Shown here: piece after piece, positions 36,887 through 46,969 of the stretch
Layout: each line of letters begins with the position of its first letter
How positions within the stretch are numbered: position 1 is the first letter of the stretch
Assembly (NCBI GenBank): GCA_902406115.1
Contig: CABPCL010000002.1
Span: forward strand, 99,384-163,383
DNA length: 64,000 nucleotides
DNA from: an uncultured Clostridium sp.
GTDB taxonomy: Bacteria; Bacillota; Clostridia; TANB77; CAG-508
Direction of reading: 5' to 3'
Notes under the pieces: model-generated
The model's input: the letters and a program-made list of their open reading frames with translations, nothing else
Database searches by the model: none
What the model was told of the DNA's origin: nothing
Program-made: the position numbers and the translations under genes

Positions 36887-38714
36887 CTCTTATTTCACAA
36901 ATAATTTGTTTTTTATACATATCATCATCAATCTCAGAAACAATATTTCCTCCCTTTGCTTCATTTACATACTTGCCTTTTATTGCTACCTTATTATCAC
37001 TCTGTTTTAAAAACCATTCATATTCAATATCTAAATGTCCTATATCTAATGCTCTATATCCTAATTTTCCTAAATCATAAGCTAATATCGTAGCTGTTGG
37101 TCCTAAAGCAATAAGTATTGTTTTATTTTTATCTATTTTCTTTGCTTCTTCTAAAATTTTATTATAATAATTAAATGCATTTTCCGCTGGTCCAATAATT
37201 CTCTCTATTTTTTTTGCATTTTCGAATAAATCGTTACCTATTCCTAATCTTGTTTTTTCTCCTTCTATGAAAACGATCTCTTGCCCTTCCCAAATCTTTT
37301 TAAGTAAATTAAACAATTTTACCTTTTTAGTTTTGTCTTTGTATCTCATATATACTCTTGTTACACAAGCATTTTCATAAATTTTTTTATAATCTAGTTT
37401 TGTATATATATCTCTTTTTTCCCAAATCTCTTGTTTCCAGAATTTTTTTATATTTTTTTTGCAATCTCTCAATGATTTATATGAAAAAACATCATTAAAT
37501 CCAATTAATACATTTTCTTCATTGGAATTTAAAACTTCTTTGAGCTTCTTGGCTAATTCTGGTACATACTCCTGAAATCTCAAGGAAGTACCTTGCATTA
37601 AAGAAATCTCTCCATCACCCACTCTTGCCAATGACTTTCTTGTATTCACAAGAGTTTCTGCTGTTTCAAACTCTGTTTTTACTTTTGGAAATTTATTAAA
37701 TTTAATAACAACAAAATATCGTAGCTCTTCTCTTATATCTTTTGCTAAATTGTAAAAATAATATAATACCTTTACTATTATTTTTTTTATCTTTACATTT
37801 ACTTTTTCTTCTAATGCCTTTTTGGCTGCTTTTTCAAATCCATATTTTGGATATGCTTTTTTAAATTTATAATAAGGCTTTCCTTTGATAGGTGCTCTAT
37901 TTAAAGGAATATTTCCTTTAATAGCTTCTTCTATTGGTCGCTTTTCTAGAAATAATTTTTCTTTACAACTCTCTAGAAACTCTTCTCCACTTTTTGTATT
38001 TATTAAAATTAATGATACTCCATCTTTAATAGAACTCTTAAATGGTATTTTTTTACCTAGTCCACAGAAGTCCCCTATTGTAATATCTGCTACTCTATTA
38101 GTATTGCAATATTTACATTTATAACAGTTCTCTCTTTGAAATACACCTTTTACATATCCCTTATAATATAAATCTTCCCATTCGTCTTCTAAATATATTA
38201 AATTATTATCTTTATCATATAATGTAAATTTATTATCATATACTCCTCTAAATTTAATATCATATACTTTTTCTTTTATATCTTCTTCGATTTTTTCTAC
38301 ATGCTCTTTTAATAACTTTTGATCCGGGGTTCCAAAGCAAACTAAATCTACTGTTATTAAATTTTTGTAGTCTTTTTGTAGATAAGATTTAAGTCCACTT
38401 ATTTGACAAGGTGTTCCTATAAATATAACATTTTTATTTTGTTCTAAAAATGTTTTTGTTTTACCATAAATGTTACCTAATTTAGCCTGTACATATTTAG
38501 ATCCTTTAAAAGTAGAAGCTTGCTCCATAGTTGTTGCCACATCAAAAATCAACTCTAGCTGTTCATTAAACCTTGTTCCTATGGCTATACCTTCATTTTC
38601 TATTACTTTACGATAAAAAACAGATGCAACTCCACCTGAGGCACTAGTTTTTCTTTCGTCTTTCTCTAAGCTCCAAGCTGCATATACATTTTTAATACTT
38701 CCTGTATCAATCAT
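36879..38714 (-). CDS. Fusion of an FrhB/FdhB-like (F420 hydrogenase beta-subunit C-terminal-like) domain with a GT-D glycosyltransferase (DUF1792, SP_1767 family)
   Basis: The N-terminal half parallels the neighbouring 38707..39864 protein (AAWSLEKDERKTSASGGVAS, IGTPCQISG, ITIGDFCGLGK) but lacks its 2x[4Fe-4S] segment. The C-terminal half has LARVGDGEISL, EGEKTRLGIGNDLF, LGPTATILAYDL and DIGHLDIEYEWF, typical of DUF1792. Confidence 0.75.
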   Translation of the reverse strand: MIDTGSIKNVYAAWSLEKDERKTSASGGVASVFYRKVIENEGIAIGTRFNEQLELIFDVATTMEQASTFKGSKYVQAKLGNIYGKTKTFLEQNKNVIFIGTPCQISGLKSYLQKDYKNLITVDLVCFGTPDQKLLKEHVEKIEEDIKEKVYDIKFRGVYDNKFTLYDKDNNLIYLEDEWEDLYYKGYVKGVFQRENCYKCKYCNTNRVADITIGDFCGLGKKIPFKSSIKDGVSLILINTKSGEEFLESCKEKLFLEKRPIEEAIKGNIPLNRAPIKGKPYYKFKKAYPKYGFEKAAKKALEEKVNVKIKKIIVKVLYYFYNLAKDIREELRYFVVIKFNKFPKVKTEFETAETLVNTRKSLARVGDGEISLMQGTSLRFQEYVPELAKKLKEVLNSNEENVLIGFNDVFSYKSLRDCKKNIKKFWKQEIWEKRDIYTKLDYKKIYENACVTRVYMRYKDKTKKVKLFNLLKKIWEGQEIVFIEGEKTRLGIGNDLFENAKKIERIIGPAENAFNYYNKILEEAKKIDKNKTILIALGPTATILAYDLGKLGYRALDIGHLDIEYEWFLKQSDNKVAIKGKYVNEAKGGNIVSEIDDDMYKKQIICEIRGD

Positions 38715-39864
38715 TTTTTTGTCTCCTATTTATTAAACTAGCAATTCTATTAATAATTTTTTCTTTCTTTATATCTTTTAATTCTTTTTTTAAACACTTT
38801 TTACAAGAATATTCAAATCCATGTTTAGGATATAGCCTCAGAAACATAGTATGCTTTTCAGTTTCCTTTGTAGGATTTTTTAATTGTTCATTTTCTTTTG
38901 TTGCTTCGTCTATATCTCGTTCTTCTAAAAACAATTCATTCTTACATTCTTCCAAAAATTTTTCACCTTTTTTTGTATTTGTTAATATTAGAGATACACC
39001 ATTCTTTGTAGAATATTTGAATTTTTTTTCTTTTCCTAATCCCCAAAAATCTCCAATGGTTATATCAGATATTCTGTTAAGATTTGCATACTTACATTGG
39101 TAGCAAGATTTTCTACTAAATATTCCATTTAAGAATCCCAAAAGGAATAAATCTTCTCTACTACTTTTTTGATAAACTATTTCCTTATCTTGATATGCTG
39201 TAAATAAATAACTATCTTCTCCTCTAAAAGTGATTCTATTTATACATTTTCCTTGTTTATTTTCTATATTTTTTACGTGTTCATTCAGCAATTTATTTGA
39301 TGGAACACCATGACATATTAGATCAATGGTTATTAAATTTTTGTATTCTCTGTTTAAATACATATTAACTCCTGCTACTTGACATGGAGTTCCTATAAAT
39401 AGAACTTTTTCCCCTTGTTCTAATTTTTCTCTTATATTTCTATATATATATCCTATATAGCTCTGAATATATTTTGAACCTTTAAATTTTTCTATCTGCT
39501 CTTCATTATTTACTAAACTATGTTTTAATTCCATCTTTTCGTTAAAGCTCGTTCCTGCTATATATCCACCTTTACTTACAATATGCTTATAAAATGTAGT
39601 AGCTATGCCACCTGATGCACTGGTTTTTCTCTCATTTTCATTTAAGCTCCAAGCTGCATATGCTTTTATAGGATTATTTGAGTTGATAACATTATTTATC
39701 GGACAAGTTCTTAAACACAAATTACAATTTATGCATTTAGATTCATCTATTTCTGGTACTAAACTACCATATTCATCTTCTTTCATTTTTATACAATTTT
39801 GAGGACATTTATTCATGCATGCACAACAACCTGTACATTTTTCTTTTGAACAAATTTCTTTCAT
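38707..39864 (-). CDS. FrhB/FdhB-like protein with an N-terminal 2x[4Fe-4S] ferredoxin domain
   Basis: CTGCCACMNKCP and CINCNLCLRTCP ferredoxin motifs, followed by AAWSLNENERKTSASGGIAT, IGTPCQVAG and ITIGDFWGLGK. Confidence 0.8.
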   Translation of the reverse strand: MKEICSKEKCTGCCACMNKCPQNCIKMKEDEYGSLVPEIDESKCINCNLCLRTCPINNVINSNNPIKAYAAWSLNENERKTSASGGIATTFYKHIVSKGGYIAGTSFNEKMELKHSLVNNEEQIEKFKGSKYIQSYIGYIYRNIREKLEQGEKVLFIGTPCQVAGVNMYLNREYKNLITIDLICHGVPSNKLLNEHVKNIENKQGKCINRITFRGEDSYLFTAYQDKEIVYQKSSREDLFLLGFLNGIFSRKSCYQCKYANLNRISDITIGDFWGLGKEKKFKYSTKNGVSLILTNTKKGEKFLEECKNELFLEERDIDEATKENEQLKNPTKETEKHTMFLRLYPKHGFEYSCKKCLKKELKDIKKEKIINRIASLINRRQKND

Positions 39865-39880
39865 TTATACTTTTCTCCTA

Positions 39881-40915
39881 TTATTTAATTATTTCTATTA
39901 ACTTGTTTATAGACTTTTTTCTCATTTCTATAATTTTTTCTCTACATTTTTTAAAATCTATTTCTTCATTTATTTTCTTTTCTATCTTTTTATAAGAATC
40001 TTCTTTGTTGATAATTCTATCAGAAAGTTCTAATTTTTTCAATAAGTCATTTACTTTACAACTAGCGGGAATTGAAATAAACTTTTTCTCGTTTAATATA
40101 GAAAATATTGTTCCATGAAAAGTTGTCGTAACAACGTATTCAGCATCTTTAATTACTTGGCTAAATTCTAATGGTGAACAATTAATATTATATTCACACC
40201 AATCTTGTTTCATACAAACAGATACCAACTTCAATTTTTTTTCTTGTGCAAATCTTTTAATCTTTTCTATCATCTCTTCTTGTAGATAATATGTATAAAT
40301 TAATATGTATTTTTCTTTTATTGGATTAATATAAGAAACTTGAAGTCTATCAACATCTACTAAAAAAGTGGGGTCACATACCATCTCGCAGTCTATATTA
40401 AGTAGATCTTTCATAATACATTTTGTATTTTCATCTCTAACATATATTCTGTCTATTTTTTTTATAAGATCTAATATCTTAGGATATTTAGCCATATCAT
40501 CTTTATTTGCATTTCCACAACTGATAGCGTAAGCTATTTTTCTATCTGTTAGTATTTTATCACCATAAAAATGTTTTTTTCTAAAAACTGGCGTATTTAC
40601 GTTCCACAATTCATCACTTCCTATTATTACTATGTCAAAAGTATCCTCATTAACATTTTTCAATAATATTTCAGGATTTCTATTAAAATCTTTTTGAAAT
40701 TCATAATATTTTGCATTGTTATAGAAAAAATTTCTAAAAAAAGTATTGTAATCTTTTATACTTCCCATAAAGACTTTTTTAACTTTTCTATTACTTCTAG
40801 TTTTTATAAATTTAACATTGTGTCCTAGATCTTCTAAAGCTAATTTCATAGCATATGCTTGTAAAAATGATCCAAAGTTTGCTGAATCATGTACTGTTAT
40901 AATTCCTATATTCAT
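39881..40915 (-). CDS. Polysaccharide pyruvyl transferase family protein (copy 1)
   Basis: MNIGIITVHDSANFGSFLQAYAMKLALEDLGHNVKFI and TTTFHGTIFSI. Confidence 0.8.
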   Translation of the reverse strand: MNIGIITVHDSANFGSFLQAYAMKLALEDLGHNVKFIKTRSNRKVKKVFMGSIKDYNTFFRNFFYNNAKYYEFQKDFNRNPEILLKNVNEDTFDIVIIGSDELWNVNTPVFRKKHFYGDKILTDRKIAYAISCGNANKDDMAKYPKILDLIKKIDRIYVRDENTKCIMKDLLNIDCEMVCDPTFLVDVDRLQVSYINPIKEKYILIYTYYLQEEMIEKIKRFAQEKKLKLVSVCMKQDWCEYNINCSPLEFSQVIKDAEYVVTTTFHGTIFSILNEKKFISIPASCKVNDLLKKLELSDRIINKEDSYKKIEKKINEEIDFKKCREKIIEMRKKSINKLIEIIK

Positions 40916-40916
40916 T

Positions 40917-42455
40917 TTATCCCTCTTTTTTTATTTTTTTTATCACTAATGACATTATCCTATTTCTTTCATTTCGATTAAACACTATATATATGTTTAA
41001 TATATATCCCATTATTCCAGCTACACCTGCTACCAATATAAGATTTCCCCAACTATTTATATTCATTGTACATTTTATAATATAGTAAAATACAGCTAAT
41101 ACACCAAAGCAGATAGTTGACTTAATTAATATAGGATAAAAGGTTGTCCATTTAATTTTCAAATTATGTGCTGCATAAATTGGTACAAATATTATAACTC
41201 TTAATAATAAAATAATAGAACTTACCCCTGCTACAGCATATATTCCTAAGTTTGTTCTTTTCAATAAAACAAATACTAAAGCTGTGCTTATGATGCTTAA
41301 TATTAATGTAAGAATAACAGGTAATTTTAATTTATTTGTAACAGTATTTATAGAATATAATGTATATATATATGAGCTTATAATATTTGGTCCTAGAGTT
41401 AGTATAGATAATATTTGAATCATAATAATTTGTTCTTGATTTTTATATGGCATCCACAAAGAATAGAACTCTGTTCCAAAAATTATAAAACCAGCTATAG
41501 GAACAGTCATTATAAAAGTTAATACTTTTATTGAAAATTTTACTTCTTTTACTAATTCTTCTATATTATTTTCTGCATATAATATTGTAAACTGAGGAGT
41601 AAAAACACTAGATATCATGCTCAAAAAACTAGTTATCTGAGTTGGTAATGTCTTAGCTATAGATAAGATTCCCATTTCTTGTCCACCTAAAAATAAATTA
41701 GCAATTACTAAATCTAATCCGGTTAATAATGCTGAACTTAGACTGTTTATAGAATTCCATATTCCAGAAGAAATTAATGTCTTTACTGCTTTTCTATTAA
41801 AAGCTTTCCATTTTAGTTTTAAATCTGGTAATAGCTTTTTTGTAAAAATCATATCAGTTATAATAACAACAATTGTATATATTGTAGCTGAAATTACTAT
41901 GTAATATATTTTTGGTTTAAATAGTGCAAATAAAATGATAAGTGTTATAATTCTAATAATATTTGCTATTACATTTCTAATTGATGTCATATCCATTCTA
42001 TTTTTTACAAATGTCGCAACACCATAAACAGATGCTATGACTCCTATTATAAAGTTGAAAAATGATAGTGCAAATGTAATTTTTACATCTTTTACCAATT
42101 CTGGTGAAATATTTATTATATCATTTAAATTAAAAATCAGATATACCGATATAACCGCTAAAACAAGTGCTATGATAATATTTGAAAATAAAACAGAATT
42201 AAAATATTCATTAGCTTTTTCTTCATTTTTTTTATGTATCTCTATAGTTATAAATCTTGCTGCCATAGAATTTAATGCTACTGTTATAATAGAAGCATAG
42301 CTTACAAAATTGTTGGCTAGCCCAATAAAACCATAAGCTTCATCGCCTAATATTTTTACTAGATATGGAGTTATTATAAAGCTTATTACTGCATTTATAA
42401 CAAATGCTAATGTAGTTGCAATCATATTAATAAATAAACTCTTTTTGTTGTTCAT
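40917..42455 (-). CDS. wzx: Oligosaccharide flippase (Wzx, MOP superfamily)
   Basis: 512 aa with about 12-14 predicted TM segments. The N-terminus is typical of polysaccharide-biosynthesis flippases, and the gene lies in a cps context. Confidence 0.75.
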   Translation of the reverse strand: MNNKKSLFINMIATTLAFVINAVISFIITPYLVKILGDEAYGFIGLANNFVSYASIITVALNSMAARFITIEIHKKNEEKANEYFNSVLFSNIIIALVLAVISVYLIFNLNDIINISPELVKDVKITFALSFFNFIIGVIASVYGVATFVKNRMDMTSIRNVIANIIRIITLIILFALFKPKIYYIVISATIYTIVVIITDMIFTKKLLPDLKLKWKAFNRKAVKTLISSGIWNSINSLSSALLTGLDLVIANLFLGGQEMGILSIAKTLPTQITSFLSMISSVFTPQFTILYAENNIEELVKEVKFSIKVLTFIMTVPIAGFIIFGTEFYSLWMPYKNQEQIIMIQILSILTLGPNIISSYIYTLYSINTVTNKLKLPVILTLILSIISTALVFVLLKRTNLGIYAVAGVSSIILLLRVIIFVPIYAAHNLKIKWTTFYPILIKSTICFGVLAVFYYIIKCTMNINSWGNLILVAGVAGIMGYILNIYIVFNRNERNRIMSLVIKKIKKEG

Positions 42456-42471
42456 TTTGTTTTTCTCCTTA

Positions 42472-43428
42472 TTATATTACTGGTAATATAAAAACTAAGT
42501 CTGGTATTATATATATTAGCCCATATTTTACTCTCTCTTTTATATTATTTGATTTTATTTTTTTATATTCTCTATATATTTTTCTATATTTATCTTTTAT
42601 ATTTTTCACAATTTCTTTATTAAACTTCGCCTTCTTTGAATTATAGTAACAATTTAACAAAATGTAAAGAAACTTTGGAATTTCCTTTTGATATAGTTCT
42701 ATCTCATTTTTTTTCTTATAAAATTCTAACTTTTCTTCATAAGCTTGTATAACATCTAATCTTTTAGGATTAAATTTTTCTGATATGATACTATTTTCTC
42801 GTTGTCTATAATAATAAAATTTTAAATTTGTTACTACTATTTTTTTACATTGATATAACAACTTATAAGTTGTGTATTCATCTTCATGTATTTTTCCCAT
42901 TGGAAATTCTATTTGATTAAATAATTTTTTTTTGTATAATTTATTCCATGATACTACTCTATTTCCTGATCGTTCTGTAATTAAATTTTCTAATGATTCT
43001 TTTGGGGTATAAACTTTAATTTCTTCTTTATCCTCATTATTTATTATAGCATCTTCTTTATAAACTTTTTCGTATTGACATTCTGCAATATCCGCATCAT
43101 ATTTTTTAATGAGCATATACAAATGCGAAATTATACGTTGATCTACCCAATCATCGCTATCTAAAAAGAATATATAATCCCCTGTTGCATTTTTAATTCC
43201 CATATTTCTTGCATCAGATAGTCCTCCGTTTTCTTTATGAATTATTTTTATTCTTTTATCTTCCTTGGCATATTGATCACATATTTTAGGGCAATTATCT
43301 TTTGAGCCATCATCTATTAATAAAATTTCTAAACATTTATAAGTTTGTGATATCACAGATTCTATACATTTATTTAAAAATTTTTCTACCTGATAAATTG
43401 GAATAATTACAGATATTTTTTCCTCCAT
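42472..43428 (-). CDS. Glycosyltransferase family 2
   Basis: ISVIIPIYQVEKFL...LLIDDGSKD...GLSDARN...FLDSDDW. Confidence 0.85.
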   Translation of the reverse strand: MEEKISVIIPIYQVEKFLNKCIESVISQTYKCLEILLIDDGSKDNCPKICDQYAKEDKRIKIIHKENGGLSDARNMGIKNATGDYIFFLDSDDWVDQRIISHLYMLIKKYDADIAECQYEKVYKEDAIINNEDKEEIKVYTPKESLENLITERSGNRVVSWNKLYKKKLFNQIEFPMGKIHEDEYTTYKLLYQCKKIVVTNLKFYYYRQRENSIISEKFNPKRLDVIQAYEEKLEFYKKKNEIELYQKEIPKFLYILLNCYYNSKKAKFNKEIVKNIKDKYRKIYREYKKIKSNNIKERVKYGLIYIIPDLVFILPVI

Positions 43429-43439
43429 TTACTATCTCC

Positions 43440-44459
43440 TTATTTTACTAACCTTCTTATTGTCTCTTTCAATTTACTATAAATAATAATCGTCTTTACT
43501 TTTTTATTTTCTATCATTTTTTTAAAAAATTGCAATTTAAACTCTTTGTAATTAACCTTTTTTAAAACTTCTATTTCTTTTATTGATAAGTATTTTAACA
43601 ATACCTTTTCTATTTCTTTATTACTTAGCATACAAGTTTTTAAAAATAAACTTTGTATACCACTAATTATTATATTACTTATATTTCTGTCTATTTGTTT
43701 TTGGCATTCTTCATTATAGCAGTTATTGTTTGTTAAAAAATCTTTTATATATTTATTTAATTCCAATTGAATTTCCATATAATTTTCTCTATATTTCGTC
43801 GTTAATGAATTCTCTGTGTATCTATAATTATACAAATATTTATTAATCACACAAATAGTGTTACATCTTTCTATGTAATCTAGATTAAAAATCAAATCTT
43901 CTCCTAGGTTATAATCTAACTTAAATTTTATATTATATTGTTTCAATATATCATTTTTATAAAGTCTGTTGCAAGGTGAACTTATTATATAAGCATTATA
44001 TAAATCCCAGAACTCGTTAATAAACTCTCTTTTAGAATAATTTTTGGTTGGTATTAATGGATTTTTAATTACTTTTTTGTTAGAATAATATTTATAATAA
44101 TTAGCTAAAATCAAATCATTTTCTTTAATATTTTTCATTAATGTCTCTATAGCTTCTTTCTCGATAAAATCATCACAATCAATAAATATAATATACTCTC
44201 CAGTTGCTTTATCAATTCCAAAATTTCTGCTATATGAAACCCCATTATTTTTATTATTATATACTTTTACTCTTGAGTCATTTTTAGCCCATTCTTCACA
44301 AATATCTTTTGAATTATCTGTAGAGCCATCATTTACTAGTATAATTTCTAAGTTTGAATAAGTTTGTTTTTTTATACTTTCAAAGCAATCATGCAAATAC
44401 CTTTCCCCATTATAAATTGGTATTATTACTGATATTTTTGATTCTTCCATTTCGTTCAT
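43440..44459 (-). CDS. Glycosyltransferase family 2
   Basis: ISVIIPIYNGERYL...ILVNDGSTDNS...GVSYSRN...FIDCDDF. Confidence 0.85.
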   Translation of the reverse strand: MNEMEESKISVIIPIYNGERYLHDCFESIKKQTYSNLEIILVNDGSTDNSKDICEEWAKNDSRVKVYNNKNNGVSYSRNFGIDKATGEYIIFIDCDDFIEKEAIETLMKNIKENDLILANYYKYYSNKKVIKNPLIPTKNYSKREFINEFWDLYNAYIISSPCNRLYKNDILKQYNIKFKLDYNLGEDLIFNLDYIERCNTICVINKYLYNYRYTENSLTTKYRENYMEIQLELNKYIKDFLTNNNCYNEECQKQIDRNISNIIISGIQSLFLKTCMLSNKEIEKVLLKYLSIKEIEVLKKVNYKEFKLQFFKKMIENKKVKTIIIYSKLKETIRRLVK

Positions 44460-44471
44460 TATATTTTTCTC

Positions 44472-45977
44472 CTATAATAAAAAGAAAATTAGAAACATTC
44501 TTTTAGTATATAAAGACAATGCTAAAGCATAAGTTAATAACATAATTCTTATTATCTTTATATTATTTGAATATTTACTACCTTTTATACTAATTCCCAT
44601 ATAGATATTTTTTATAGTTCTATACCATATAAAACTTATGATTATTAAAAAGCCAATAACTCCAAAATTATATAAACAATCTATATAACTATTATGAGAA
44701 TAAACTTCTCTCATAAAAAAGTTGCAATATAATTTTTTTACAGTCATATCATTTCCAAATAAAATATTTAATATTGGTCTTTTAAATGATTCTTCAATAA
44801 ACGTTATTCCAATAGGAATTCTTCCTGATGTAAATTTTCCTAATTCTCCGTTAATTAAAGCACTTTTCATTTCTTCTAATCTTTTTGACAATTCACTTTC
44901 ATTCTGATTTGGAGCTTCCTTTTTTGTTTCATTTTTTTCCTTGTCTTCTGTTTCAGTTTTTTCTTTATTTTCTGCTATAGATACTGTTACATTATTTTCT
45001 TTACTTTCTATTTTGATTTCGTTGTGATTATTTATATATTTTGGGTTAACCTCTTGTATTATTTCATAATTCTTCACTGTTTGTTCGTCTTTTTGTTCCT
45101 TACTTATGTTTAATAATTTATTTCCCATAAATATTGTCACTGTAAAAATTACAACTATAATTAAATCTATTATTTCTTTTTTAAGGTTTTTTCTATTAAA
45201 AAATAGATATAATAGAATAGATAAAGTAAGCGTTATGATTCCTGTCATGCTAACTGTAGCAATAACAGCATTTATCATAATTGCCAAAAAAACGTAATAT
45301 AGTTTTTTACTAAAAAATTTATTCTTAATGGTTAATAATGATAATATTCCTAAATTAATATACATACACATAAAATTTGGTTCATATGTACCTTTAAAAC
45401 GATAAATAACACTGTTTTCTAAAAGTTCTTTTAAGTAATTATTATTTATTACACCATATAAAATACTATTTAAAACCGCAATTACAATAATCAAACATAA
45501 CTTTTCTATAAACTTATTTATATCATCGATATTATTAAATTTGAGAACCATTGAAAAATATACAAAAATTAAAACATTAAATAAAGTTATAAAACTTTCT
45601 AATTTAAATCCTACTGTAACTAGCCCTATTATAATTGAGAATAAGAAAAATCCTATTATCGATAATTGAAATTTATTTGGTTTTATTCTATTTTTAATTG
45701 TATGTATTAGTAATTTTATAAATATAACAACCATAATAATTCTTGAAATAGACCCTTTAATTATATCTATAACCAATACTTCATCGAAAAAAGATAAAAA
45801 TAAGAAAATAAATAATAAATTTTCATCTTTTTTTGAAAGTATAATCTCTAATAGAATTACTAGTGTAAATATAACTCCTATAACTTTGCTTATATTAAAT
45901 ACAAGTGTTAATATAATAAGTTCTATTATAACTCTTATTAATTGATTTTCTTTTATCGTTTTTACTATTTCTTTCAT
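44472..45977 (-). CDS. wzy: O-antigen polymerase/ligase-like membrane protein (Wzy candidate)
   Basis: Polytopic membrane protein in a cps context, and the only candidate polymerase in the locus. It has a large charged loop of about 100 aa (KEQKDEQ...ENKEKTETEDKEKNETKKEAPNQNESE). Confidence 0.55.
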   Translation of the reverse strand: MKEIVKTIKENQLIRVIIELIILTLVFNISKVIGVIFTLVILLEIILSKKDENLLFIFLFLSFFDEVLVIDIIKGSISRIIMVVIFIKLLIHTIKNRIKPNKFQLSIIGFFLFSIIIGLVTVGFKLESFITLFNVLIFVYFSMVLKFNNIDDINKFIEKLCLIIVIAVLNSILYGVINNNYLKELLENSVIYRFKGTYEPNFMCMYINLGILSLLTIKNKFFSKKLYYVFLAIMINAVIATVSMTGIITLTLSILLYLFFNRKNLKKEIIDLIIVVIFTVTIFMGNKLLNISKEQKDEQTVKNYEIIQEVNPKYINNHNEIKIESKENNVTVSIAENKEKTETEDKEKNETKKEAPNQNESELSKRLEEMKSALINGELGKFTSGRIPIGITFIEESFKRPILNILFGNDMTVKKLYCNFFMREVYSHNSYIDCLYNFGVIGFLIIISFIWYRTIKNIYMGISIKGSKYSNNIKIIRIMLLTYALALSLYTKRMFLIFFLL

Positions 45978-45978
45978 T

Positions 45979-46959
45979 TTATTTCCTCTTATATAATTTA
46001 ATAAATAAATTTGGATATTTCATAATATATCCTTGTATTCTTATAAATAAATTTTTGCTTTTTTGTGGTATCTTATATATCTTTTGGTTTTTCACTAGTT
46101 TTATAATCTCTTGTAATTTTTCATCTGTTGTTCCATATGCTACTGGATTTTTTAATATTGATAATGCCAAATTAGCTATTCTATTTTTTAACTGAATGTA
46201 ACTTTTTTTATCTTTTATCGTGTCAGAAAATTCGGATAGACTATTAATTATTTTTAAGTAACTTTCTACCCATTTATTATCTTTTACTATATTGGTTGTT
46301 ATGCTATCATCTCTTCTTCTATAAATATAAAATGTTTCATTATAGTATTGCACTCTGTTAGCACCAATAATAGCCTTAGGTGAAAACTCTTCATCTTCAT
46401 ATTTTAATTCAGGTATAAAATAGTATTTTTCTTTTAAATACTCTGTTTTAAAAATGCGACAACAAGCCATTGGAAGATATTCTTTATTTCGAGAACATGT
46501 ATAAAAATATTCATCTCCTGTTAATATTGGAGTTGTTTCCCTTCTCAAATTTGTTATATCTCTTGATTTGATATTTAGCTTTGTCTCAAATATTTCCTTT
46601 ATATTCCCCTCTATTATATCTAGATCTTCTTTTATAGCTTGTTCCACTAGTTCGTTAAGAGCATTTGCATATATCATATCATCACTATCTAAAAAACAAA
46701 TATATTTTCCTTTTGCATGCTTAATTCCTGTGTTTCTTGCTTCACTTAATCCTTTGTTCTTTTCGTGATGCATAATTCTTAAATTCTTAATTTTGTTTTT
46801 TTCTACATATTTTTCTATAATGTTTATACTTAAATCATTGCCTTTATCGTCAATACACAATACCTCAAAATCTGCCAAATTACCATTATATATAGAATCC
46901 AAACATTCTTCTATATATTTTTCTACATTATATACTGGTACTATAATACTTAGTTTCAT
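45979..46959 (-). CDS. Glycosyltransferase family 2
   Basis: LSIIVPVYNVEKYI...CIDDKGND...GLSEARN...FLDSDD. Confidence 0.85.
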   Translation of the reverse strand: MKLSIIVPVYNVEKYIEECLDSIYNGNLADFEVLCIDDKGNDLSINIIEKYVEKNKIKNLRIMHHEKNKGLSEARNTGIKHAKGKYICFLDSDDMIYANALNELVEQAIKEDLDIIEGNIKEIFETKLNIKSRDITNLRRETTPILTGDEYFYTCSRNKEYLPMACCRIFKTEYLKEKYYFIPELKYEDEEFSPKAIIGANRVQYYNETFYIYRRRDDSITTNIVKDNKWVESYLKIINSLSEFSDTIKDKKSYIQLKNRIANLALSILKNPVAYGTTDEKLQEIIKLVKNQKIYKIPQKSKNLFIRIQGYIMKYPNLFIKLYKRK

Positions 46960-46969
46960 TATTCTCTCC

